Position numbers and translations under genes: made by a program. Positions 1 through 8,289 of a DNA stretch of 64,000 nt are shown here, one piece after another. Under the pieces are notes generated by a model, which was given only the letters and a program-made list of their open reading frames with translations, searched no databases and had not been told where the DNA came from. How positions within the stretch are numbered: position 1 is the first letter of the stretch; each line of letters starts with the position of its first letter. The stretch lies in assembly GCA_937863565.1 (NCBI GenBank), contig CALMGJ010000020.1, positions 838 through 64,837 of the forward strand. Direction: 5' to 3'. This stretch comes from an uncultured bacterium (lineage in GTDB: Bacteria; AUK180).

Positions 1-456
1 ATCCCCCTCGATGAACTCGATAACATATCGCTTCCCGACGAAAAGGAGGGGGAACCGAAAGAGCTTAAACCTTCTGCCGGAATGAAGGATAAAGAACGGT
101 CAAAGGAGGAGATCATACAGAAGTATTTCGAGATCCTTACTGAAGGCAATGAAGATAAAGAAAAAGAATTCATTAAAAGGTACAAAAACGATAAAAAACT
201 CGTCAAGATAATGAAGATCCTGCACTATTATAAACTGGGAAAAGTGAATTTGATCCTGGAGGAGTTCAAGGGACTGGATGTCGCCGCAAACAGTTCATGG
301 ATGCAGAAGATAATCGATGAGATTGAAAGCAAGGGTGCCGATACGGCAGAGAAGATGATGCTCGTTTTCTTCTTCTATGAGGGTATCGGGCAGCACGATA
401 AAGCGGAATTCTATAAAGCAACGCTGTACGACCTGTGGAAGAAGAAAAAACAATAA
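1..456 (+). CDS. hypothetical helical protein, 5'-partial
   Basis: Frame 1 is open from base 1 (IPLDELDN...) through the listed ATG at 82 to TAA 454-456; no recognisable motif. Confidence 0.7.
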   Translation: MPLDELDNISLPDEKEGEPKELKPSAGMKDKERSKEEIIQKYFEILTEGNEDKEKEFIKRYKNDKKLVKIMKILHYYKLGKVNLILEEFKGLDVAANSSWMQKIIDEIESKGADTAEKMMLVFFFYEGIGQHDKAEFYKATLYDLWKKKKQ

Positions 457-471
457 AAAGGTACCTTTTTA
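454..471. repeat. 18-bp perfect palindrome TAAAAAGGTACCTTTTTA spanning two convergent stop codons
   Basis: Read directly; contains the AGGTACCTTTT core also found at 1633-1643. Confidence 0.85.
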
Positions 472-1332
472 ACTTAAAAACTCATACCATTTCTCCGGAA
501 AACCCATTGAATCAATTTCCGGTTTATATTTCTCTATAAGCACTTTTAGTTTGTTTAACCATTTAATCCAAAAATTATTATCGGGACATAGGTGTTTACA
601 CATCATAATAATTGAGAATATCTTCTGATTATTTATATGCTTCCATTTTTCCTCCTTTTTAGGTTTCATTCCGGTTATAGATAAGAGTCTGTTCCATAAC
701 CTGCTGTGATGAGCACATAAATTTCTTATATATACCAGCGCGTGAAGCCAAGATGTCAATATTGCCTTATCAATCGTATAATTATTTCTTGCGATTTTTT
801 GCTTATCACTACTCTTCAAGAGTTTATATAATATTGATAAATCTCCGAATGACATTGTCTCGATGGCCTTCCATATTGGAAGATACTTTTCATTTTTATG
901 TTTTTTAAAATATTCCTTAACAAATACCTCCCGCGATTTATCTACGGTCTCCTCTAAGCGCTTCATCCACTTCAACGCTAAATCGTTATGAATATAGATG
1001 TTTATATTCGTGTATCCGAATGCACCATATGTGGAAGCAAGATAATAAGCAACTTTCGTTCTAATTGAAATCTCAATTAATTCAATGATATCTAAGAACA
1101 AAAGCCTTAAATTTCTATCGAATTTATATAATCTGAACACATCATCAAATGTTGTTCCTTCAATGAAGATATCCTTCTTTATTTGAAAGGGTATAAAATA
1201 GGCACTCAAACGGTAATAATTCACATTCATTAGAACATGCAGGGCATTTTTTTCATCTTCTACTATTAAACCCCTCTTTTTAAGGAGAAGTATTTGATCT
1301 TCATACGATTTTGCAGACTTAGTGAATTTCAT
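469..1332 (-). CDS. abiF: Abi family (AbiD/AbiF, Abi_2) HEPN ribonuclease toxin
   Basis: N-terminal S-Y-E-D-Q...L..RGL, NYYRLSAY, LYKFDRNLR...IEISIR, PIW..IE.MSFG.L and HEPN motif RNLCAHH; AT-rich compared with its flanks. Confidence 0.9.
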   Translation of the reverse strand: MKFTKSAKSYEDQILLLKKRGLIVEDEKNALHVLMNVNYYRLSAYFIPFQIKKDIFIEGTTFDDVFRLYKFDRNLRLLFLDIIELIEISIRTKVAYYLASTYGAFGYTNINIYIHNDLALKWMKRLEETVDKSREVFVKEYFKKHKNEKYLPIWKAIETMSFGDLSILYKLLKSSDKQKIARNNYTIDKAILTSWLHALVYIRNLCAHHSRLWNRLLSITGMKPKKEEKWKHINNQKIFSIIMMCKHLCPDNNFWIKWLNKLKVLIEKYKPEIDSMGFPEKWYEFLS

Positions 1333-1341
1333 ATGTCTCAG

Positions 1342-1395
1342 AAAAAAAGAATACCCGCCGGGGTGCGCATCGTTGAGAGGCGTGGCGGGTATGTT
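1342..1395 (-). ncRNA. abiF-motif-like hairpin RNA (putative RNA antitoxin / attenuator)
   Basis: Stem ATACCCGCC (1351-1359) / GGCGGGTAT (1384-1392), 24-nt loop, then a U-tract on the minus strand (A run 1342-1348); lies between the promoter and the abiF ATG. Confidence 0.75.
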
Positions 1396-1400
1396 GGTGT

Positions 1401-1429
1401 ATTATAAACAAAAAACAGAAAAATGTCAA
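1401..1429 (-). promoter_or_regulatory. consensus sigma70 promoter of the abiF RNA/gene
   Basis: TTGACA (1424-1429) - 17 bp - TATAAT (1401-1406) on the minus strand. Confidence 0.9.
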
Positions 1430-1624
1430 ATGTTTTTTCGCTCATCTATATTCCTTGTATAACTTTAAGCACTTCCATGCAAAGCAATCGGTCCAAACAA
1501 ATTTCCTTTCATTGTATTTTACTGTATTTTTCCATTTTTATCAAATAATACTTTATATTAAATAGTGTACTGTTATTTCTTGCCATACAAGCATAAATAA
1601 TCTTGATTCAAGAAGCGTAAAATG

Positions 1625-1643
1625 TAAAGACCAGGTACCTTTT
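1625..1643 (+). repeat. cassette-boundary repeat TAAAGACCAGGTACCTTTT
   Basis: Near-identical copy at 2079-2096; abuts the stop codon of the 1643-2041 ORF. Confidence 0.8.
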
Positions 1644-2041
1644 CAGGTACCCTTCTTTCTTAATAGTATCTCTCTCCAGATCAATGCCAATCCGTAACCC
1701 CAAAAGAAGAACGGCGCGGCAATGCTAACGGGAAACAGATCATGAACATAGAACAATGATATTCCGCCTATGGCAACAAGTAACCAGGACAGGATATTGT
1801 TGACAAGTAAGGTTTTAAAAATGAGCTGATTGACCGTAGGGAGTATCAATATAAAAGTAAAAAATGCCGTTTCTTTTGCCGCATAACTGTACATTTTCAA
1901 CCATGATAAGAAGAGAGCGAGCATCAGGCAGAACAAATAGACTATACCGACAAGGACGAGATCCTTGGTCTTTTTCCCGGACATCATCTCTATGAAGGAG
2001 TCATTCTTCAAAATAAAGAATATCCGCTCTTCCTTTTTCAT
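1643..2041 (-). CDS. small hypothetical membrane protein (about 4 TM)
   Basis: 132 aa with hydrophobic segments; GGGAG SD upstream; AT-rich. Confidence 0.75.
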   Translation of the reverse strand: MKKEERIFFILKNDSFIEMMSGKKTKDLVLVGIVYLFCLMLALFLSWLKMYSYAAKETAFFTFILILPTVNQLIFKTLLVNNILSWLLVAIGGISLFYVHDLFPVSIAAPFFFWGYGLALIWREILLRKKGT

Positions 2042-2078
2042 AATATGCTCCCTAACAGCACTCCATCAATGTAAAATA

Positions 2079-2096
2079 TAAAGACCAGGTACTTTT
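2079..2096 (+). repeat. cassette-boundary repeat TAAAGACCAGGTACTTTT
   Basis: Direct repeat of 1625-1643 with a 1-nt deletion. Confidence 0.8.
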
Positions 2097-2101
2097 ACTA
2101 A

Positions 2102-2197
2102 CTCTCAATTCTCAATTGTCAATTCTTCACTTTTCACTGTTCACTCTTCACTGTTCACTGTTCACTTCGTTTCGACCGACTCTCAACTCTCAACTCT
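2102..2197. repeat. heptamer tandem repeat tract
   Basis: 3x YTSTCAA, 6x TTCACTN, spacer CGTTTCGACCGA, 2x CTCTCAA. Confidence 0.85.
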
Positions 2198-2198
2198 T

Positions 2199-2951
2199 CT
2201 ACAGTCCCGTAGGTATCTCGTAGAATCTGCCTCTGATCCCGAATTTATCCTCGATAAGTTCCTTGAGCTTCAGCAGGCCCTCGCGTTCCGTGCAGTAATG
2301 GCCTCCGAAGAAAAGGTCCATATCGTTCTCCTTGGCATAGTGATAGATATAATGTTTCGCTTCGCCGGTCACGAAAAGATCTATCCCCTCTTTTACCGCA
2401 TCCGTTATCAGGTCTGCGCCTCCACCCGAGATGACGCCTACTTTCCGGATGTTTTTCCCGGATAATTTCATGTAACACCCGGCTTTAAAAAGGGATTTCA
2501 ATTTTTTCTCCGCCTGCGCCGTGCTCATGCCTCTGGGCCATTCCCCCATGAAGCCGATCGTCTGGCCATGGTAATTCCCGAAACCCTTGATGTTCTTGAG
2601 CGAAAGTTTTCTTGCGATCTCTATATTATGGCCCACTTCGGCATTCAGGTCGAGCGGCAGATGAACTCCGTAGAGCGCAAGGCCGCCGTTGAACAGTGTT
2701 TTAAAGCGCTTATAGTTGTATCCCGTGAGCCTGAAAGCCTTCCCCCAGAGGAGACCGTGATGGACGATGATAAAATCATTGCCGTCGGAAGCGGCCTTTT
2801 CAAAAAGCTCCAGGCAGGCATCGACTCCGTAGGCGATCCCGTGCACACGGGCCTCTGTGTCGCCCACCTGCAGACCGTTCTGGGAGTCATCGGAGATCTC
2901 TGCATTTTTTAAGTACCTGTCCAGAAAATCAGCGAGTTTCTTTATCTTCAT
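2199..2951 (-). CDS. Nif3-like dinuclear metal centre protein (YbgI family)
   Basis: NGLQVG, IVHHGLLW, HLPLD, TGE..H, GHY.TE motifs; start reassigned to MKIKK at 2951 (ATGA overlap). Confidence 0.92.
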   Translation of the reverse strand: MKIKKLADFLDRYLKNAEISDDSQNGLQVGDTEARVHGIAYGVDACLELFEKAASDGNDFIIVHHGLLWGKAFRLTGYNYKRFKTLFNGGLALYGVHLPLDLNAEVGHNIEIARKLSLKNIKGFGNYHGQTIGFMGEWPRGMSTAQAEKKLKSLFKAGCYMKLSGKNIRKVGVISGGGADLITDAVKEGIDLFVTGEAKHYIYHYAKENDMDLFFGGHYCTEREGLLKLKELIEDKFGIRGRFYEIPTGL

Positions 2952-3796
2952 TTTCTCTCCAGTATGTTCCGCGCGGCCATGCAGACATAAACGCATGACA
3001 TCAGCGCATCGTAAAGTTCAAGAGCATCAACCGCTTTGAACATGATGGTCCTCCCTCCCGTTCTTCTGAAACCGGGAATGGATTCGCACATATCGGCCCG
3101 CAGCGTATCAAGGAGCGTCAATTCGAGAATAAAAGGTTTTTTCATCATGAAGGGCTTGACCTTATCAAGGCAGCCGAGACTTTTTTTTGCGGCGCGGAAT
3201 ACAGCACTGCGGACGGCCGCAGGTTCGGCAAGTTTTCCGGCAAACCTCGAAATACCCTTTTTAAGCGACAGGACCTCCGTTCCGAATTCCGAGAAGGTCC
3301 GCGCGCTGTGCTTCTTCAGACCGTCGTCTCCCGTAATAAGGAGCACGGGCACTCCGTAATAACCGGCGAGCAGCGCATTTATCTCGGATTCGCCGCAGAT
3401 ATGTCCGTTCACTTTCGCTTCGAAGATCGCCGATGAAGAATAGGTGTGATCCATGAGGGAATACCCCTCGCCGGCCGGCGCATGATACCCGATAAGGAAA
3501 ACACCGCTATATGTCTTATCGAGGCCATGCATCATATAATATCTCCGCGGGAACCCTCTGATAAGAGCGACGCGGGGACGGGAGAACTCGAAAGGCAGAT
3601 TCTCGCCGAAAGAATGCGAATCGCAGACAAGTATCTCGGTGTAACGGGGAAATCTTTCGGCCACGGCATCTATCACGGCATTTATATCCGCAAGCGCACT
3701 TCTAAGATATTCTTCATTAGTGCGGCCTCCGTCCATTCCCTTCCACGATACGGAGGAACTTACGCCCTCGTAATCGAATGAGATGAAAAATTTCAT
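2948..3796 (-). CDS. M55 family D-aminopeptidase (DppA-like)
   Basis: ISFDYEG, DSHS, IGYHA, HTYS, GESEINA motifs. Confidence 0.9.
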   Translation of the reverse strand: MKFFISFDYEGVSSSVSWKGMDGGRTNEEYLRSALADINAVIDAVAERFPRYTEILVCDSHSFGENLPFEFSRPRVALIRGFPRRYYMMHGLDKTYSGVFLIGYHAPAGEGYSLMDHTYSSSAIFEAKVNGHICGESEINALLAGYYGVPVLLITGDDGLKKHSARTFSEFGTEVLSLKKGISRFAGKLAEPAAVRSAVFRAAKKSLGCLDKVKPFMMKKPFILELTLLDTLRADMCESIPGFRRTGGRTIMFKAVDALELYDALMSCVYVCMAARNILERK

Positions 3797-5847
3797 TTTG
3801 CCTCCTTTGAAAGCAGGGCCTTTACTTCCTTGATCTCCTTTATATCCGCAGAAAGCCCGTTGAAATACTCTCTTCCCTCCTTGATCATTCCGAAATAATT
3901 GAAGTATACGGCGATACGCGCATAGATCTTCTCAAGTGTTTCCTTCTTCCCTACTTTTCCGGCAAGTTCAAGATAAAGTTCCAGGCTGTCCTTCGGCCGG
4001 CCTCTTGTGCTGAATAGATATTCAAATACGGGATAGAGTTCGGAATAACCGGGTTTGATGTTAAGATCGTCCTTGATGTCCCGCTCAAGAACATCGAAGA
4101 ACGCGCTCTTCTTCTCAGGCATACCGAGTTCATCATAAAGGCTTACAAGATAATTGTAAACATCCGGGTCCACAGGGTTCTGCCGGAAGTAAGTCTCGAA
4201 CTCTGTCAGCGCTTCCTTCTTCTCCCCTTTTGTAAAATGAACACGACCGCGCAGAAGGTGAAGCTGGACATAATCGGGGGCATGGCTCCCGGCTTTATTG
4301 TAAAATTCCATAGCTTCATCAAGAAGGGCCGGATCCTTTTGAAGCGAGAAGAGGTCCAAACGGAGATTGCCCGAAAAATACAGAGCGATGACGCTCGTGT
4401 ATTTCTTTAAAGAACGCTCGTACAGGGCTCGCGCCTGCTGGAAAGCTTTCATAGCGGAAGTCTCATCCTTTTTGCTTTTCTTCAAAACACCGTACTTCGA
4501 GAACCCTATCGCTTTGGCGAGGTCCCTGTCGGCCGATGTTCGTCTGCTTGAAAGAAAGAAAAAGAATGAAAGGAGCATAATGACGATAAGGGCGGACAGT
4601 GCGGTTATTTTCACTGTTATCCTCGCCTTGAAGCGCTCTTTAATGATCGACATACCTAAGGCAAGTACGAGCTGGAGCAGTATTATCGAGGAGATCCACT
4701 TAAGATTAACGCAGAAGAAATTCCCCGCAAGGAAGCCTGCCAGTCCAGCTCCGAGCGCCGCGATCATCACTTTCCTTCCTCCCCTGATGCCGCTTCTCAG
4801 AAAAAGCGCCAGGAACATGAACAACATGACCAGATACATGCCGAGGCCGAGGAATCCCGAATCGGCCGCCGTCTCCAGATAATCATTGTGCGCATGTATC
4901 GTTTCGGCATTGCTGTGGCCTTCGAACAGAAAGATCCTCTTGCTTTTGTAAGAGGGATAGAATACTCTGAAGTTCCCCGGGCCGACGCCGAAAGGATGGT
5001 CCTTGATGATCTGCATCGTCGAATGCCACGTATAGAGCCTGAACATAGGAGTGCCCGTTCTGATGTCCTTGAGCATCTTGATCCGCGTCCAGTAGTCATG
5101 AGGCACAAGAAGGAGTATCAAAGCGAGCACTGCCGCACCGCCGATCAATACTCTCTTCCCGAGCAGCTTCTCCTTTATCAGGAAAACGGCGAAGAGAACG
5201 AAGAACACGAAAAGCCCGAGGAAAGCGGCGCGTGTTTTCGTAAGGAACATTGCAAATAGATCTGCAGAAAAAACAAGCGCGTGCAGACTTTTACGGAAGA
5301 TGCCGTCAGCGGTAAAGAACCTTCCCGCACTGACAGCAATGACAGGAACGAGGAAACCCGCGAAAAATGTGGAGTTTGCAAAAAATGAAGGTGTTCTCGG
5401 GCTCGGCAGACCGCCGTAAAGATCAAAGATATCGGCACCGTAATAGAGGGCTATTCCGTAGAATGAAGCCGCAAAACCCGATAGTTCGATAGCGTCCAGA
5501 AGAACTTCAGGACTAAACTCCCTCGCGGCAAAATAGAACGCGGCGGAAACGAACATCACCTGAACATATGTGAACGCGAATAACCTGTAAGGGAGTAGCA
5601 GGAACAGAATAATATTCAGTCCGAGAAAGAAGAGCATTATCATATCGGGAAGATACAGTCCGATGCTCCTTTTCCTGAAGAAAACGATGCCGAAGCAAAG
5701 AACGGTGCCCATGAAGAAAACCGTTTCCTTGATCTGATTGATAGTATAAAGGTCCTTTTCAAGAATAAGAAGGGAAAGAACGGCAATTGCAATGAAAATG
5801 ATATTGAAAGCCGGGCTTATGCTTTTTTTCTGAACTTCTCGAGCCAT
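3793..5847 (-). CDS. O-antigen ligase / O-oligosaccharyltransferase-like membrane protein with C-terminal TPR
   Basis: Multi-TM; F.NS.FFAG, TKTRAAF, R.YTW, GVGPGNF, HAHNDYLE (Wzy_C); TPR-like tail. Confidence 0.85.
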   Translation of the reverse strand: MAREVQKKSISPAFNIIFIAIAVLSLLILEKDLYTINQIKETVFFMGTVLCFGIVFFRKRSIGLYLPDMIMLFFLGLNIILFLLLPYRLFAFTYVQVMFVSAAFYFAAREFSPEVLLDAIELSGFAASFYGIALYYGADIFDLYGGLPSPRTPSFFANSTFFAGFLVPVIAVSAGRFFTADGIFRKSLHALVFSADLFAMFLTKTRAAFLGLFVFFVLFAVFLIKEKLLGKRVLIGGAAVLALILLLVPHDYWTRIKMLKDIRTGTPMFRLYTWHSTMQIIKDHPFGVGPGNFRVFYPSYKSKRIFLFEGHSNAETIHAHNDYLETAADSGFLGLGMYLVMLFMFLALFLRSGIRGGRKVMIAALGAGLAGFLAGNFFCVNLKWISSIILLQLVLALGMSIIKERFKARITVKITALSALIVIMLLSFFFFLSSRRTSADRDLAKAIGFSKYGVLKKSKKDETSAMKAFQQARALYERSLKKYTSVIALYFSGNLRLDLFSLQKDPALLDEAMEFYNKAGSHAPDYVQLHLLRGRVHFTKGEKKEALTEFETYFRQNPVDPDVYNYLVSLYDELGMPEKKSAFFDVLERDIKDDLNIKPGYSELYPVFEYLFSTRGRPKDSLELYLELAGKVGKKETLEKIYARIAVYFNYFGMIKEGREYFNGLSADIKEIKEVKALLSKEAK

Positions 5848-6641
5848 CTCAGGATCTCATCCTTCTGAGGAGAATAACCTGTGTACTTTATCAGATAAAG
5901 AAAATCGAGTATGTCGAATATCATCTCCTTCCGGTCAATGCTGAACTCTTTTTTCTCAAGCACGCTTTTTATCTCGTCTTTAACGCTGTTCTCGGGGATT
6001 TGATATCTTTCTTTAAGATAATCGTTGAATTCCCCGACGAAATGTTCAAGTACCGTTTCAACGCTATCCTCGGCCTGCGGTTCCCATAAGGCATTGTTCC
6101 TGCCCTGTTCAGGTTCCTTGTGCTCCTCTCCCGGTTTCCTTTTTCTCGAGAGTAAGAATAAAATGAGGAATGACCCGGAAAGCGCAATGAGCAATATGCC
6201 CGGTAAAGAGAATTTCCCCTTGCTCTTCTTAACTGACATTTTCACGGGGTCGGTCCGGATCTCCACGGAGGCATTAGTGGAGGGATCCCGGTAAGGGATG
6301 CTCACTGCAGGGAATATATAATTGCCAGTCTTTAAAGCTTTGAACCGTACCTTGTACGTCGTTACGCTCTGCGTCTGTTCGTTCAGCATCTGAAAACTGT
6401 TCATGCTGGAGAAACCGGATTTCAGCGCCCAATCTAGTTCCGGAAGCTGCGGCGACTGCACCGATACTTCGCGGATGCCCGTTTTCTTTATTTCTATGGT
6501 CAATGTAAAAACATCGCCTACGGAGATCTCCTGCTTATCGATCTCGGATTTCACGTATATCTGGAAAGCCGTTTCCGCGTTAATAGAGCCGGCGGAGATC
6601 ATTATGGTCAATAGAAGGGCAAGACCTGCTTTCATTCTCAT
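5817..6641 (-). CDS. BatD-like protein (signal peptide, Ig-like domain, TM)
   Basis: DKQEISVGD.FTLTI, FKALKTG.Y.FP patterns; single C-proximal TM helix. Confidence 0.7.
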   Translation of the reverse strand: MRMKAGLALLLTIMISAGSINAETAFQIYVKSEIDKQEISVGDVFTLTIEIKKTGIREVSVQSPQLPELDWALKSGFSSMNSFQMLNEQTQSVTTYKVRFKALKTGNYIFPAVSIPYRDPSTNASVEIRTDPVKMSVKKSKGKFSLPGILLIALSGSFLILFLLSRKRKPGEEHKEPEQGRNNALWEPQAEDSVETVLEHFVGEFNDYLKERYQIPENSVKDEIKSVLEKKEFSIDRKEMIFDILDFLYLIKYTGYSPQKDEILRWLEKFRKKA

Positions 6642-7735
6642 TATCTGATCCTCATCATGAAACCGCCCGGGATGTTCTGAGAGGGCGTGTATAAGACCGT
6701 ATCCCCTTCCGAGAGCCCTTCAAGCACTTCAAAGTGAAGAGTATCGCTCTTACCGAGCTTCACTTCCGTTTTTGCCTTTTTACCCTGCATACGGACATAC
6801 GGCCTTCCCTGTTCCCAGAAGACCGCGGCGAGAGGGATTATCAAGACATCCGGCGTTTCAAAAAGCACGATATTGACATTTGCGCTCATCCCCGGTTTGA
6901 TCGCACCGGCGGGATTATCGTTAATGCCTACTTTTACAGTAAACTGATTGAACACGTTCTTGGTCACTGCATTGAGGGAGATGAATATCACCTCGCCGTT
7001 CACTTTCATCTGCGGCATGGCATCAAAAGAGATCTCGCATCTCTGGCCCTGTTTAATGAAGGGTATATCGACCTCATCGACATCGATCATGATCTCGAGT
7101 GTCTTGAGGTCGCCTATATATCCTATGACCGTTCCGGCGGACATATTCTCCATCGCGGATTTTATGAATTCTCCCTCCTCCACCGTTTTCCCGTAGAATG
7201 TTCCGGCAGCGGTCGCCGAAACGGAATAAACGAATTTGCCCGAGAAGGTCCTCTCTTTAACATCTGAAAGGTATTCCATCTCGATCTTCGCGTTCTCGTA
7301 GGCTATTTTCGCGGCAATGTAATTCTTCTCCGTTTCATCGAACTCATTACGGGAGACGAATCCCTTTGGAAGCATGTCCTTGTACGAATCGTATTCATTG
7401 GAGACCGTCTCGAAGTCCTTTTTACTCAATGCATAGTTCTTTTTGATCCCGTTTATTCTTTGTATCTCGCTGATGTCGGGGTAGATGAAGAATATCTCCT
7501 GGCCTTTTTTAACCGACTCCCCTTCGTTCACGACATATCTTGCAAGTTCTCCCGATATCTTCGACATAACCTTAACAACGCTCTTAGGTTGGCATATGCC
7601 GCTTTCCATGACCTTTTTCGAGATCACGCCCTTTTTCACCTGGAACATTCTCTCTTCCGGCGCGGACATCTTTGCCTTTCCTTTTCCGCATGACAAAGCG
7701 AGAAGAAGGATCAAAAAAACAGGGGGTCGTTTCAT
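6641..7735 (-). CDS. efflux RND/MacA-type periplasmic adaptor (lipoprotein)
   Basis: LSC lipobox, V.EG..VKKGQ, VDEVDI..IK.GQ, IKPGMSA, GLSEGD.V. Confidence 0.9.
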   Translation of the reverse strand: MKRPPVFLILLLALSCGKGKAKMSAPEERMFQVKKGVISKKVMESGICQPKSVVKVMSKISGELARYVVNEGESVKKGQEIFFIYPDISEIQRINGIKKNYALSKKDFETVSNEYDSYKDMLPKGFVSRNEFDETEKNYIAAKIAYENAKIEMEYLSDVKERTFSGKFVYSVSATAAGTFYGKTVEEGEFIKSAMENMSAGTVIGYIGDLKTLEIMIDVDEVDIPFIKQGQRCEISFDAMPQMKVNGEVIFISLNAVTKNVFNQFTVKVGINDNPAGAIKPGMSANVNIVLFETPDVLIIPLAAVFWEQGRPYVRMQGKKAKTEVKLGKSDTLHFEVLEGLSEGDTVLYTPSQNIPGGFMMRIR

Positions 7736-7793
7736 TCAAACTCCGTAATGTGTAAATATAACCTTTTTTGAGGAAATTTTCAATACCATCCTT

Positions 7794-8210
7794 TCATTCC
7801 CCAATGATCTTCACCAGGACCCTTTTCCTTCTTTTTCCATCGAACTCGCCGTAGAAGATCTGCTCCCAAGGACCGAGATCAAGAGATCCGCCCGTTATCG
7901 CAATAACGGCTTCCCTGCCCATCACGGTTCGCTTCAGGTGTGCATCGGCATTATCTTCCGCCCTGTTATGCCGGTACTGGGAATATGGTTTCTCGGGAGC
8001 AAGTTTTTCGAGAAATGTCTCAAAATCAGAGAGCAGACCCTGTTCATTGTCATTGATAAAAACGCTTGCGGTTATATGCATGGCATTGACAAGGCAGAGT
8101 CCCTCCGTGATCCCGCTTTGCCGCACGCAATCCTCGATATCCGGCGTAATGTTCACATAATCCCTTCTTTTTGATGTGCAGAACCAAAGTTCCTTCCGGA
8201 AATTTTTCAT
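7794..8210 (-). CDS. yjbQ: YjbQ / UPF0047 family protein
   Basis: [28 protein letters not shown]. Confidence 0.93.
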   Translation of the reverse strand: MKNFRKELWFCTSKRRDYVNITPDIEDCVRQSGITEGLCLVNAMHITASVFINDNEQGLLSDFETFLEKLAPEKPYSQYRHNRAEDNADAHLKRTVMGREAVIAITGGSLDLGPWEQIFYGEFDGKRRKRVLVKIIGE

Positions 8211-8254
8211 ATTCCTCCCTTCTCGCGTAAGCTAAAGGAAATGATACAAAAAAC

Positions 8255-8283
8255 TTGAAAAAAAATCAAAAAAACATTAAAAT
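8255..8283 (+). promoter_or_regulatory. sigma70 promoter, probably giving a leaderless transcript of the giant TPR gene
   Basis: TTGAAA-17-TAAAAT ending 6 nt before ATG 8290; no SD. Confidence 0.6.
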
Positions 8284-8289
8284 TCCCTT

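Noticed and set aside
1430..1624. Possible small ORF or pseudogene upstream of the abiF promoter
   Set aside because: The minus-strand frames examined break within about 30 codons and show no recognisable motif
454..2198. CRISPR array or classical integron attC sites
   Set aside because: Repeats are under 20 bp and separated by whole genes; no GTTRRRY/RYYYAAC pairs, cas gene or intI
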